Shown: piece by piece, positions 28,591-38,877 of the stretch
Layout: every line of letters starts with the position of its first letter
How positions within the stretch are numbered: the stretch's first letter is position 1
Source of the DNA: Candidatus Parcubacteria bacterium
GTDB lineage: Bacteria > Patescibacteriota > Minisyncoccia > Minisyncoccales > JAGMDC01
Reading direction: 5' to 3'
Length of the DNA stretch: 64,000 nucleotides
NCBI GenBank assembly: GCA_023128895.1
Contig: JAGMDC010000003.1
Coordinates: 70,514-134,513, forward strand
Notes under the pieces: model-generated
The model's database searches: none
The model's input: the letters and a program-made list of their open reading frames with translations, nothing else
What the model was told of the DNA's origin: nothing
Translations under genes and position numbers: made by a program

Positions 28591-30984
28591 TCAAGATTTG
28601 GTTTGTCTTAATTTTGACAAAAGAAAAATTGTCTTAATGATTGTATCTGGGTTCAAAGAAATACTCTCTATCCCTTCTTTAACTAAAAATTCCGCAAACG
28701 CCGGAAAGTCGCTCGGAGCGTTTCCGCAGATGCCGCAGTATTTTTTCTTTTTGTTGCAAAGTTTAATAACTTGCGATATCATTTCTTTCACAGCTGGATT
28801 TCTTTCGTCGCTGATATGCGCGATGCGCGCGTTATCTCTGTCCATTCCCAATATTAATTGCGTTAAATCGTTTGACCCGATAGACATTCCGTCAAAAATT
28901 TCTAAAAATTCATCTGCTAAAATAACATTAGACGGAATCTCGCACATTACAATTACTTTCAACTCATCTTTGCCTTTTTCCAAGCCAAATTTTTTCATTA
29001 AAGCGATCACGGCTCTTCCCTCTTCCGGGGTTCTGCAAAATGGAACCATTACTGTAATATTTTTCAAACCGAATTCATCACGCGTTTTCTTTATCGCCTT
29101 ACATTCCATTTCAAACGCTGGCTGAAATTCCTTGTCTAAATAACGGCAAGCGCCTCTAAATCCAAGCATTGGATTTGATTCTTCGTTTTCAAATAATTCC
29201 CCTCCAATAAGATTTTTATATTCATTAGTCTTGAAATCAGACAGACGCACAATCACTTCTTTCGGATAGAACGCAGACGCGATTATCCCCACGCCTTCCG
29301 CAAGTTTATCCACAAAATACTGCTCTTTGTCTTTATACCCAATCGTCAACTCCTCCACCTTCTTAATTATTTTTTTGAATTTCTGGCTTGGGATTTCCTT
29401 GAATTTATTCAGGGCTAATGGATGTATTCTAATCTTCTCGGCAATAATAAATTCCTCGCGCGCCAGACCAACCCCATTATTCGGCAAAAACGAATTCTTA
29501 AAAGCAATATCCGGCGTTCCGATATTAAGCATTATCTTTGTTTTAATCTTTGGAATTTTCTTCAAATTATATTTCTTAATTTCGAATGAAATTTTTCCAG
29601 AATAAATTTTCCCGTCCAGCCCCTGAGAGCAGTCAATGGTAATTTCTTGGTTATTTTTCAAAATTTTAGTGCCGCGCAAAGTTCCTACAATGCAGGGAAT
29701 TCCCAATTCTCTTGAAACAATTGCCGCGTGGCATACCTTGGAGCCTTCGTCGGTAATAACAGCGCTGGCTATTCTTATCGCAGGCACCCAGTCAGGGTCG
29801 GTCATCTTAGTTACCAAAATTTCTCCTTTCTGAAACTGAGCAATTTCAGAAACATTTGAAATAATTCTCACTCTCCCTTGCCCAATTTTATTTCCAACAG
29901 CAATCCCGCGCAAAATCGGTTTATCTTTTGATTTAATTTTATATTCTTCGTAAAATGTTTTAACTTGCGCTGCGTGAACTGTTTCAGGCCTGGATTGGAC
30001 AATAAATAAATCCCCTGTCTTTCCGTCTTTCGCCCATTCGATATCCTGCGGCAGATTATAAAGCTTTTCTATATCGCAAGCCCATTGGGCCAGCTTCAAA
30101 ATTTCATCATCAGAAAGTGAAAATTTTGTTTGGTCTTTTGGCAAAACTTTTGTTTGTTTCAACCCGCCCTTCCTATTATAAACATACTTTATATTTTTTC
30201 TGCCTAAACTGCGGGAAATTATTGGCTTATAGCCCTGCTTCAATGTCGGCTTAAACACGTAAAATTCGTCCGGGGTAATCTTTCCTTTTACAATGAGCTC
30301 CCCTACTCCATATATTGAATTTATTAAAATAACATCAGGAAATCCAGTTTCAGTATCCAGAGTGAACATTACGCCGGCAGAACCCAAATCAGACCTTACC
30401 ATTTTCTGTATACACACAGACAAAGCGATTTTCAAATGCTCAAATCCCTTTTCCTCGCGATACGCGATAGCTCTGTCAGTGAACAAAGAAGCCATGCATT
30501 TTTTAACCGAGCTTAATAATTCCCGCTCGCCAGTAATATTAAGATATGATTCATGCTGTCCAGCAAAACTAGCGCTCGGCAGGTCTTCCGCTGTTGCCGA
30601 ACTCCTAACAGCAACACTCAAATTCTTCTCATTATATTCCTGCGACAATTTTCTATAATTTTTCAAAATCGCTTTTTCCAAATCTTCTGGAAAATTTGCC
30701 GCTAAAACCAAATCCCGCGCGCTTTTCCCGGTTTCTTGCAAATTCTTAATGCTCTTGGGATTAAATTTCTTAAAAATTTCTTTTAATTCCTTGTCAATCT
30801 TATTTTCTTTCAAAAAATACCAAAACGCGTCTGCCGTAAGCGCGAACCCGTCAGGAATTTTTATTCCTTTTTTAGTTAATTGCGAAAACATCTCGCCCAA
30901 TGACGCGTTCTTGCCCCCGACCAAACCAACATCGCTCTTGCGAATCTCCTTAAACCATAAAATATATTTTTGATTTTTCATCAT
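28591..30984 (-). CDS. ppsA: phosphoenolpyruvate synthase
   Basis: VGGKNASLGEM, AVRSSATAEDLP, QSRPETVH, CHAAIVSRE, SIGSNDLTQ. Confidence 0.97.
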   Translation of the reverse strand: MMKNQKYILWFKEIRKSDVGLVGGKNASLGEMFSQLTKKGIKIPDGFALTADAFWYFLKENKIDKELKEIFKKFNPKSIKNLQETGKSARDLVLAANFPEDLEKAILKNYRKLSQEYNEKNLSVAVRSSATAEDLPSASFAGQHESYLNITGERELLSSVKKCMASLFTDRAIAYREEKGFEHLKIALSVCIQKMVRSDLGSAGVMFTLDTETGFPDVILINSIYGVGELIVKGKITPDEFYVFKPTLKQGYKPIISRSLGRKNIKYVYNRKGGLKQTKVLPKDQTKFSLSDDEILKLAQWACDIEKLYNLPQDIEWAKDGKTGDLFIVQSRPETVHAAQVKTFYEEYKIKSKDKPILRGIAVGNKIGQGRVRIISNVSEIAQFQKGEILVTKMTDPDWVPAIRIASAVITDEGSKVCHAAIVSRELGIPCIVGTLRGTKILKNNQEITIDCSQGLDGKIYSGKISFEIKKYNLKKIPKIKTKIMLNIGTPDIAFKNSFLPNNGVGLAREEFIIAEKIRIHPLALNKFKEIPSQKFKKIIKKVEELTIGYKDKEQYFVDKLAEGVGIIASAFYPKEVIVRLSDFKTNEYKNLIGGELFENEESNPMLGFRGACRYLDKEFQPAFEMECKAIKKTRDEFGLKNITVMVPFCRTPEEGRAVIALMKKFGLEKGKDELKVIVMCEIPSNVILADEFLEIFDGMSIGSNDLTQLILGMDRDNARIAHISDERNPAVKEMISQVIKLCNKKKKYCGICGNAPSDFPAFAEFLVKEGIESISLNPDTIIKTIFLLSKLRQTKS

Positions 30985-30987
30985 ATT

Positions 30988-31623
30988 TTAAACCGCAATA
31001 ATTTTATTTTTAATCAGAAAATCTTTTACTGTTTCAAAAATTTTCTGATGCCCAACGGAATTCGGATGCACTCCGTCTTCTAATAATTTTTTATAATCCA
31101 ATTTGAGCCAATCCTCAAAAATTTCAATAAAATGAACATTATTTTTCTTGCAAACTTGCTTTATTATTTGGTCGTATTTTTGAATGTATTCATTTTTGTA
31201 TGACTCATCCGAGTTCCAAGGGATTGGATTGACTTTTACTTCTTCAACAGGAGTCAGCCCAGCAAAAATAATCTTTGAAGAAAATTTTTGGACAATATTT
31301 GTCAACTTTTGAATATTATTTTCAAAATTTTTTATTGAAACTCTCGAACTATTTTTACTATAAATAAATTCGGAATCATTTAAACCAGTTTGAATTATTA
31401 TTACATTACTTTCTTTATACTTTTGCTCTATCCTCACCTTACATTCATTTTCAATCCGTTTCAGCAATTGTGTTGAAATATCACCAGGATTCCCTAAATT
31501 AAAAACTTCATTAAATTTTCCAGTTGTCTTAAACCAAATCTTGAATCTATTTACCCAACCGCCATATTTAATATCATCCGCTCCCCAAACTATACTATCT
31601 CCAAAAACTAAAATTCTTGCCAT
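30988..31623 (-). CDS. SGNH/GDSL hydrolase
   Basis: FGDSI, NLG, GLND, DGVHPN. Confidence 0.9.
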   Translation of the reverse strand: MARILVFGDSIVWGADDIKYGGWVNRFKIWFKTTGKFNEVFNLGNPGDISTQLLKRIENECKVRIEQKYKESNVIIIQTGLNDSEFIYSKNSSRVSIKNFENNIQKLTNIVQKFSSKIIFAGLTPVEEVKVNPIPWNSDESYKNEYIQKYDQIIKQVCKKNNVHFIEIFEDWLKLDYKKLLEDGVHPNSVGHQKIFETVKDFLIKNKIIAV

Positions 31624-31635
31624 GAAATTAATTTA

Positions 31636-32085
31636 TTAAAAAAGTTTTAATGTTAATGTCGTTACTATAACGCCGGCGATCAAAACGCCTAAAAATATCA
31701 ATGGCAGTGCTTTCTTAAATGGAATCCTGAAAATAAAAGCGCAGATAGAGCCTGTCCACGCGCCGGTAAAAGGCAAAGGAATTGCCACTAAAATAACTAA
31801 CGCCAATTCCTTCCAAACTTCAAATTTTTTCTGATGATTTTTTCTGTTTCTATCAAACAGCCATACAAAAAAGCGATTAAATCTATACCACCGATGGCTT
31901 AAATATTCAGAAGCGGGACCTAACAGCAAAAGCAGAAACACTACTGGAACCATATTGCCCAAAACAGAAAACACAAAAGCAGTTTTAACAGGCAGATGAT
32001 AAACCTCTAAGGCAACAGGAATAGACGCGCGCAACTCCCCTATTGGCGTCATCGCGATAAAAAATGTTTGAAGTTCAGCAATCAT
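31636..32085 (-). CDS. COG2426-like small multidrug export family membrane protein
   Basis: MTPIGELRASIP, VAIPLPFTGAWTG. Confidence 0.85.
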   Translation of the reverse strand: MIAELQTFFIAMTPIGELRASIPVALEVYHLPVKTAFVFSVLGNMVPVVFLLLLLGPASEYLSHRWYRFNRFFVWLFDRNRKNHQKKFEVWKELALVILVAIPLPFTGAWTGSICAFIFRIPFKKALPLIFLGVLIAGVIVTTLTLKLF

Positions 32086-33122
32086 TGTTTTCTCAAGTAC
32101 TCTGCCGCTTTTTCCGGCTCAATAGTTGAAATCTCTATGCCAGTGCAAAGTTCAAACCCAGCCCAGGTAGATGTTTTTGGCAGAATAGACAAATGCCAGT
32201 GATAAAAATCGTAATTTTTCCCGTCGCACGGCGCTGTATGAATAAAAAAATTATACGACGGATTATTCAACCCTTTATAAAGTTTATGCATTGCCATTTG
32301 CAACACTTCCGCAAGAGCCCATTTCTGTTTCTCGCTGATTCTCTCAAAATAAGCAGAATGCTGTTTGGGCGAAATCACGATTTCAAACGCCATTCTTGAC
32401 GCAAAAGGACATAAAGCTACAAAATATTTATTCTCAAACACAATTCTTTTCTTATTTTTAATATCCCATTTGTTCATTAAGCAGTGAACGCATTTTTTAC
32501 TATCCTTAAAAAATTTTTTGGAGCAGTTTAGCCCTGACTGGATGTCTGGATCCATAATAGGAATAGCGATAATCTGGGAATGCGGATGCGCTATGGAAGC
32601 GCCAGCTTCCGGACCATGATTGTGAAAAATAGAAACATAATTAACGAATTTTTCTTTCATCAAATCAAGATATCTGTCTTGATAAACATCAATTACTTCT
32701 TTAATTTGCGTTTGGGAAAATTGCGCTATCTGCTTTCTATGGTCTTTTGTTATTATTACTTCATGAAAACCCGCGGCGTTCATCAAATGATAAGGGCCTT
32801 CTGTTCTTTTATTTATTTTTTCATTATAAATAAACGCCGGATATTTATTCGGCACTGACACTACAGACCATCGTTTAGGAATCCCGCCTTTTGCGGTTAT
32901 ATCAACCTTCTTGCCGTCATAAAAAACCATCAAAGGTTTCTCCTGTTTGGAAAGATGGCAAAACACGCAATCTCGCGGAGAAACATGCTCTATAATTTTC
33001 TTGTCCTTTTTAAATGTTTCAGGCCTTCGCGCGCGGCCAGTGGCAATGACCACCCAATCTCCGCTTACTAAATCAAAACGAAGTTCTGACGGAAATTTTG
33101 CTTTTTTACTTTTATTTATCAT
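32082..33122 (-). CDS. galT: galactose-1-phosphate uridylyltransferase
   Basis: SELRFD, RARRP, CVFC, NKYPA, GASIAHPHSQ, AGFEL. Confidence 0.93.
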   Translation of the reverse strand: MINKSKKAKFPSELRFDLVSGDWVVIATGRARRPETFKKDKKIIEHVSPRDCVFCHLSKQEKPLMVFYDGKKVDITAKGGIPKRWSVVSVPNKYPAFIYNEKINKRTEGPYHLMNAAGFHEVIITKDHRKQIAQFSQTQIKEVIDVYQDRYLDLMKEKFVNYVSIFHNHGPEAGASIAHPHSQIIAIPIMDPDIQSGLNCSKKFFKDSKKCVHCLMNKWDIKNKKRIVFENKYFVALCPFASRMAFEIVISPKQHSAYFERISEKQKWALAEVLQMAMHKLYKGLNNPSYNFFIHTAPCDGKNYDFYHWHLSILPKTSTWAGFELCTGIEISTIEPEKAAEYLRKQ

Positions 33123-33852
33123 CGTACTTTTTCAACACCAAATTTTTTCTAATGTGGAAAACATCTATCAGCATTTTTACCATATTTTTGAAACCCACTG
33201 TGCTTGTAGTGTCGTTTATCCATCTCACTGGTACTTCTTTTATCTCATAACCCATTTTTTTTGCCAAGACCAAAATTTCAACATCAAAAGCAAAACGGTC
33301 AATTTTACACTTTGGAAAAATATCCTCTACCGACTTTGCGGTGAATCCCTTAAACCCGCATTGAGTATCCCAAATTCCCCTTAACCCTGAAACAATTTGG
33401 ACAATTAAATTAAAAATATTGCCAAGTATTATTCTCCACCAGGGCTGAGACACGGCAATATCCGCGCCTTTTATATCCCGCGAGCCAATCACGACTTCGC
33501 GTCCCTTGTCAAATTCAGGCCACATCTTTTCTATGTGGTTTATAGTTGTAGAATTATCAGCGTCCATAAACACGCAAAATTCTCCTTTTGCTTCCAACAT
33601 TCCCTGCCGCGTCACAAAACCTTTCCCGCGATTTTTTTTATTATCAATCAAACGCAAATTTTTAATTTCCGGTAAAACCTGGCTCACTTCCTCTGCTGTC
33701 TTGTCCGGCGAACCGTCATTAACAACAATAATTTCATAAGTATATTTTTGGCTCCTCAAATACTCATCAATTTTTTTTAAGGTATCTCCAATACGACCCG
33801 CTTCTTTATAAGCCGGAATTATAACTGACAAATGAATTTTTTTATTATCCAT
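33112..33852 (-). CDS. GT2 glycosyltransferase (polyprenol-phosphate glycosyltransferase-like)
   Basis: SVIIPAY, VNDGS, NRGKG, FMDAD, DTQCGFK, FAFDVE. Confidence 0.92.
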   Translation of the reverse strand: MDNKKIHLSVIIPAYKEAGRIGDTLKKIDEYLRSQKYTYEIIVVNDGSPDKTAEEVSQVLPEIKNLRLIDNKKNRGKGFVTRQGMLEAKGEFCVFMDADNSTTINHIEKMWPEFDKGREVVIGSRDIKGADIAVSQPWWRIILGNIFNLIVQIVSGLRGIWDTQCGFKGFTAKSVEDIFPKCKIDRFAFDVEILVLAKKMGYEIKEVPVRWINDTTSTVGFKNMVKMLIDVFHIRKNLVLKKYDDK

Positions 33853-33920
33853 AATAATTTTTTTATTATTTATCTATTGTACCAAAAAAATATAAAAAAA
33901 AGTAGGGTGATAAAACCCTT

Positions 33921-34490
33921 TTAATCAATTATATTTTTTACTTGTTCTAAAATCTCTCGCAACTCATTCAATGTGCTGCCATTATGGAACGCTCTAATCT
34001 GCCGTATTACTGAAAAATAACTGGGTATTGCTTGTTCCAATAAACCTGTGCGCAAAAATCTGTCTATTGAACCAGTCTGCATAGTAATATCAGCGTAAAC
34101 ATAGCTAATTCTCTCTTGAATATCCGCAATTTGGCGTACTATATTGTTTCCTTGGAAAGCCGATTCTAATTTATTCAAATGCATTATTATCTTTTGCAGC
34201 CAATCAATGTATCCCTCTAAAATACTTGTGTCTATGTGTAAAACATCTTTATCGCTGACTTTTGTGAAAAAATATTGATTAAACGTTTCAATCTGTTCAA
34301 TCATTTTTTCTAAAAAAACAACAAGTCCTTGCGCGTAATATCCTTCATCAATCATTTTTTTCACAAAAATATTGAATGGCATCAAATCTAAATCTGCTTC
34401 TGTAATTTTTCTAAATCCTGAAATCGATTTTTCTGTTTTTGCCTTTTTATGTACGCCAAAACTTTCAAAAATCTTTTTCATTTCTCCCAT
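33921..34490 (-). CDS. hypothetical protein (cassette 4)
   Basis: 189-aa ORF with promoter TTTACA-17-TAAGTT, SD AGGAGGGG and terminator-like hairpin. Confidence 0.75.
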   Translation of the reverse strand: MGEMKKIFESFGVHKKAKTEKSISGFRKITEADLDLMPFNIFVKKMIDEGYYAQGLVVFLEKMIEQIETFNQYFFTKVSDKDVLHIDTSILEGYIDWLQKIIMHLNKLESAFQGNNIVRQIADIQERISYVYADITMQTGSIDRFLRTGLLEQAIPSYFSVIRQIRAFHNGSTLNELREILEQVKNIID

Positions 34491-34630
34491 AATTATCCCC
34501 TCCTATTTTATGATTTATTGAATGTACTATCTCAAACTTAACAAACTATCTTGAATTTGTAAAGAAAAAATTCAAAAAATAAGTAAAAAAATTCGGGGAA
34601 AGAATTAATTCAAGCCCCATGATTGCGATT

Positions 34631-35026
34631 TTACCAATCGATTACCTCTATGAAGGGATTTTCCGCGCGCATGATCCGAGTCCAAATGTCTATGACTCTC
34701 CGAGGATGGACAGTTTTCCACTCTCCTTTCAAAATAACTCCTATCACACTAACCCTTCTCCCTGGAGTTAAATCTCCAAAATATATATTATTCCAAAGAT
34801 TATAGCTTTCTCCCTCTACTGCCAGATAGTAAGGGCCCAACCTTATCGCTTCACTGAGACACATTCCTTCGCGAGGCATTATTTGGATAATCAATCCTCC
34901 TGCTTTTTCCAATACTTCCATGCAAGAAAGTATTTCTTCTATCATTTGTTCTGTTGTTATCTCTATCTTTTTCTTCCCTTTTATCTCTTTTCCCACCTTT
35001 TTCACTTCTTCCAATATTTTTCCCAT
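34631..35026 (-). CDS. hypothetical protein (cassette 3), paralog of 35571-35960
   Basis: MGKILEEVKKV..ITTEQMIEEILSCM aligns with MGNVLDKINEV..LTSEAMIEEIMKCM. Confidence 0.75.
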   Translation of the reverse strand: MGKILEEVKKVGKEIKGKKKIEITTEQMIEEILSCMEVLEKAGGLIIQIMPREGMCLSEAIRLGPYYLAVEGESYNLWNNIYFGDLTPGRRVSVIGVILKGEWKTVHPRRVIDIWTRIMRAENPFIEVIDW

Positions 35027-35171
35027 ATTTATCTATCACATCCTAATTTGTGCTAAATTTAGTATTACTTATCGTCTTATTTCTGTCAAGACTTTGGTGT
35101 CATGAGTTTGAAAAAATAAGTAAAAAAATTCGGGGAAAAAATTGATTCAATCCCCATGTTCACTATATGTG

Positions 35172-35426
35172 TTAATCCCAAAACTTTTTTGTTGCCCTTA
35201 TTCCGAACTCTGGTTTGCCTTCTCTTGTGACTATGATAAATTCAAACTTATCTTCTCGTTTGACTAAAATCGAATTTATGGCTTGCATCATTTCTTCTTC
35301 ACTAAATGATGTAAATTGTTGCGCGCTTAAATTCTTTTTTATCTCCTCACAAGTGACAACCCCTTTGGAATACACTATTATTTTCATTACGGCTCTTCTA
35401 AGGCCAACATTTTTTGGTTCTGCCAT
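35172..35426 (-). CDS. hypothetical protein (cassette 2), possibly winged-helix
   Basis: 84-aa ORF between repeated blocks; helix-helix-helix-beta-hairpin-like pattern. Confidence 0.65.
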   Translation of the reverse strand: MAEPKNVGLRRAVMKIIVYSKGVVTCEEIKKNLSAQQFTSFSEEEMMQAINSILVKREDKFEFIIVTREGKPEFGIRATKKFWD

Positions 35427-35570
35427 ATTACACCCCTTAATTTATGCTAAATTTAACATAAACTAATCCTTGATTTCTGTCAAGACTTTGGTGTCATGAG
35501 TTTGAAAAAATAAGTAAAAAAATTCGGGGAAAGAATTAATTCAAGCCCCATGATTGCGCCGCCACAAAAA

Positions 35571-35960
35571 TCATCTCACTATTTTTACACTAAAATTCTC
35601 GGAAAGAATTATGTCTTCCCAAATTTTTCTCGCTTGGGCAAGCACTGGGGTCCCTTTCTCCCATAATCGATCCAACCCGCCAGCAAATATTTCATATAAC
35701 TGTTGTTCTAAGGTATCTGAAGTTTGAACTAACAAGTTGCTCCACCCAGCATGAGGTATAGACAAATAATTCCCTGCTATTCTTATCTTTCGTTTCGAAT
35801 CCATCGAATCAACTATCGCAATCTCTAACACTTTTCCAATTTCCGCTGCTTTAGCCATACACTTCATGATTTCTTCTATCATCGCTTCAGATGTCAATTT
35901 TTTTCTCGATTTTTTTTCTTTTTCCACGACTTCATTAATTTTATCTAACACATTTCCCAT
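35571..35960 (-). CDS. hypothetical protein (cassette 1)
   Basis: 129-aa ORF with SD GGGTGA; promoter lies inside the map 3' end. Confidence 0.75.
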   Translation of the reverse strand: MGNVLDKINEVVEKEKKSRKKLTSEAMIEEIMKCMAKAAEIGKVLEIAIVDSMDSKRKIRIAGNYLSIPHAGWSNLLVQTSDTLEQQLYEIFAGGLDRLWEKGTPVLAQARKIWEDIILSENFSVKIVR

Positions 35961-35998
35961 TTTTTATCACCCCTAATTAGTGCTAAATATAGCATAAA

Positions 35999-36751
35999 CT
36001 AATCCTTAATTTCTGTCAAGACTTTGGGACCATGAGCAGTAATTGCGATAGTGTGCTCAAAGTGCGCGCAGACAGACCCGTCAATTGTTTGAAAAGCATG
36101 CCCGTCTGGACCTCTTCTAATTTTCCAATCCCCTGTAGTGAGCATTGGCTCAATGCAAAAAACCATTCCCGGTTTAATAACCGCGCCAGCGCGGCGCTTG
36201 CCGTAATTCAAAACTTCTGGCTCTTCGTGAAGTTCTTTGCCAATCCCATGCCCGCATAGTTCGCGCACAACTCCGAATCCTTGGTCTTCAGCGTGGCGCT
36301 GGATAGTGTTCCCAATATCTCCAAAAGTGTTTCCTGGACGCGATTTCTTAATTCCCCTCTTCAGCGCTTTCTTTGTCGCCCTTATTAAACGCAAAATTTC
36401 CGGAACAACTTCTCCAACTGGAACAGTTATTGCCATATCAGAAAGATATCCTTTATATTTCAAACCTAAATCTAAGGTTATAATATCTCCCTGCTTTAAC
36501 TTATAATCACACGGAACTTCGTGGACGATTGACTGATTTACTGACGAACACAATGCCGCTGGATACCCGCCATAACCCTTGAATGCCGGTTCTGTGTTAT
36601 ATTTAAAAATAAGGTCCTCTGCGGCCTTATCTAATTGTTTGGTAGTAATCCCCACATCAACCATCTGCTCCAATTGTTTCACAATTTTTGCCAAAATTTT
36701 ACCCGCTTCCGCCATTATTGCGATTTCCTGTTTGGTTTTTATAGAAATCAT
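35999..36751 (-). CDS. map: methionine aminopeptidase type I
   Basis: AFKGY, VHEVP, GHGIG..LHEEP, IEPML, AHFEHTI. Confidence 0.97.
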   Translation of the reverse strand: MISIKTKQEIAIMAEAGKILAKIVKQLEQMVDVGITTKQLDKAAEDLIFKYNTEPAFKGYGGYPAALCSSVNQSIVHEVPCDYKLKQGDIITLDLGLKYKGYLSDMAITVPVGEVVPEILRLIRATKKALKRGIKKSRPGNTFGDIGNTIQRHAEDQGFGVVRELCGHGIGKELHEEPEVLNYGKRRAGAVIKPGMVFCIEPMLTTGDWKIRRGPDGHAFQTIDGSVCAHFEHTIAITAHGPKVLTEIKD

Positions 36752-37407
36752 TTAATTTTCTCAAGGATTTCTTTGAAGACATCGTCAATCGGCTGTTCGC
36801 CGTTAATTTTAATAAGCCGATTTTGTTGTTTATAATACTCAACTACTTCTACAACTGTATTATCATAATAATCAAGACGATTATTTATGGCTTCAACGCT
36901 ATCATCGCGCCGAGTAATTAACTCTCCCCCGCATTTATCGCAAACTTTCAATTTCTTAAATTCGCCCACCCATGGAATTAATCGCCCACACTCCTTGCAA
37001 ATCCTTCTTTTGGTCAAACGGCCAATCGCTTCTTCTCTGGAAATATCAATTAATAAATTAAAAGTATTTTCTTTGCGTTCCAAAAATTCTAAAAATCTAT
37101 CTAATGCTTGCGCCTCGCTAACTCTGCGAGGAGCGCCATCAAGAATAAATCCCTGATCTTCTTTAAGATTATAAGCAAAACTATGCATCCATAAAGTTGC
37201 TGCCAAATCATCTAATGGGAATCCGCCCTCTCTCACAATTTTTTTAACTCTCGCGCCCGTGTCTGTGTCAGCTTTTAATAAATCTCTAAATAAATCACCA
37301 GTGGAAATATAACAAAAATCGCCAAATTCTTTCATTAAAAGTTTCGCTTGTGTCCCTTTGCCTGAACCAGACCTTCCTATTAAAGTAAAATTTATTGGTT
37401 TGTCCAT
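36748..37407 (-). CDS. adk: adenylate kinase
   Basis: GRSGSGKGTQA, ISTGDLFR, LDGAPR, Zn-lid CKEC/CDKC; located between secY and map. Confidence 0.93.
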   Translation of the reverse strand: MDKPINFTLIGRSGSGKGTQAKLLMKEFGDFCYISTGDLFRDLLKADTDTGARVKKIVREGGFPLDDLAATLWMHSFAYNLKEDQGFILDGAPRRVSEAQALDRFLEFLERKENTFNLLIDISREEAIGRLTKRRICKECGRLIPWVGEFKKLKVCDKCGGELITRRDDSVEAINNRLDYYDNTVVEVVEYYKQQNRLIKINGEQPIDDVFKEILEKIK

Positions 37408-37415
37408 AATGATAA

Positions 37416-37588
37416 ATGAGCAAGGCAACAAGTCCTCAATGGCAAACATCGGAGGCGCCTGAGCATGGTCCGAGCCCCTACACCTAAATTAGGTGTGGGG
37501 GCTCGGTCAGGCGCTGAGATATTAGACCCCAAAACCCACCTTAGGGGTTTGAGGGTCGGTGCCTTGAGGGCTTCGTTGCCTTGCGAAT
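37416..37588. repeat. ~170-bp branched palindromic repeat, copy 2 (secY-adk spacer)
   Basis: High identity to copy 1. Confidence 0.92.
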
Positions 37589-37599
37589 TTAATTAAACG

Positions 37600-38877
37600 T
37601 TAAAATGTTTCGTAGTCCCTCATTTGCAATTGCGCGTTAATCTGCTTCATTGTTTCCAGCACAACTGACACAATAATCAAGAGAGCTGTTCCTCCCAACA
37701 AGAACTGAAACACCATCACGCCGGTAATTCCGCCTATAATAGACGGCATTATCGCGATAGTTCCCAAAAATAAAGCCCCAAAAAGCAAAATCCTGTTCAG
37801 AATATAATACAAAAAATTAGCAGTTGACTCTCCCGGCCTTATTCCAGGCACAAAGCCCCCCATTTTCTGCAAATTTGTTGCTATCGCCTTAGGGTCAAAA
37901 GTTACAGCAGTGTAAAAATAAGTGAACAGCACAACTAAAATAAAATACAAAGTCGCGTAGACCCAGGGATTTTGAAATAAATCCCCTACTGTTTGCGCGA
38001 CACTTCCAACTATGCCGCCCGCGCCTGCCAAAAAACTGGCGATCATTCCCGGGAAAAGCATTAGAGACAAAGCGAAAATAATAGGGATTACGCCTGCCGG
38101 ATTAATATTTAATGGCAAATAAGTTGAGACCCCGCCATACATTTTCTGCCCCCGCACTCTTTTTGCGTAAGAAACAGGGATATTCCGGCGCGCTTCGTTC
38201 ACAACAACCACGCCGGCAATTATAAGAATAGCCATTATGAAAAAAGCAATGTATGTAGGAATTGCGGAAGGATCCCAAGTGATAAACATCTGGCGAATAT
38301 TATTTGGAAAATCAGCAATAATTCCAGCGAAAATCAAAAGCGAAACTCCATTGCCAATTCCTTTTTCGGTAATCAGTTCTCCCAGCCACATTAAAAACAC
38401 GGCTCCAGCGACCACAGTTAAAATTGAACTGGCCATTAAAGCGGGTGAAAGAGAGCCGATAAGCCCCTGTCTTTGAAATAAAGTTAACATAGCAAATCCC
38501 TGCAATGTAGCCAAAGGCACAGTGAGCACTCTTCCATATTGATTAAATTTTTGCCTGCCTGCTTCCCCTTCCTCTTTATACATTTTTTCAAACGCGGGAA
38601 AAATCATGGTCAAAAGTTGTAAAATAATCACTGCTGTAATATACGGCCCCAATCCAAGCATCACAATGGAAAGATTGTCCAACGCCCCGCCGGTAAACAT
38701 ATTCATAAGCCCGAACATCTGATTTCTCTCAAAAAACTCTCTTAAATTTTCTATATCAATTCCGGGGATAGGAATATTCGCGCACAGCCGAAAAACAAAA
38801 AAAATAAATAAAACAAACAACATTTTATTGCGCAAATCGTGAATTTTCAATATTTGTATAAGTTTATCTAAAATCAT
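37600..38877 (-). CDS. secY: preprotein translocase SecY
   Basis: LGLGPYITA, WLGELITEKGIGNGVS, AGVIPIIFA, GGFVPGIRPG. Confidence 0.98.
   Translation of the reverse strand: MILDKLIQILKIHDLRNKMLFVLFIFFVFRLCANIPIPGIDIENLREFFERNQMFGLMNMFTGGALDNLSIVMLGLGPYITAVIILQLLTMIFPAFEKMYKEEGEAGRQKFNQYGRVLTVPLATLQGFAMLTLFQRQGLIGSLSPALMASSILTVVAGAVFLMWLGELITEKGIGNGVSLLIFAGIIADFPNNIRQMFITWDPSAIPTYIAFFIMAILIIAGVVVVNEARRNIPVSYAKRVRGQKMYGGVSTYLPLNINPAGVIPIIFALSLMLFPGMIASFLAGAGGIVGSVAQTVGDLFQNPWVYATLYFILVVLFTYFYTAVTFDPKAIATNLQKMGGFVPGIRPGESTANFLYYILNRILLFGALFLGTIAIMPSIIGGITGVMVFQFLLGGTALLIIVSVVLETMKQINAQLQMRDYETF

Larger units (their letters stand above)
34574..36036 (-). repeat. repeated terminator/promoter blocks separating small ORFs
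   Basis: Terminator block at 34574-34627, 35111-35158, 35505-35558; promoter block at 35042-35106, 35434-35500, 35968-36036. Confidence 0.9.

Noticed and set aside
34574-36036. Classical integron with attC sites
   Set aside because: No GTTRRRY/RYYYAAC core pairs and no IntI; each unit carries its own promoter, unlike typical cassettes
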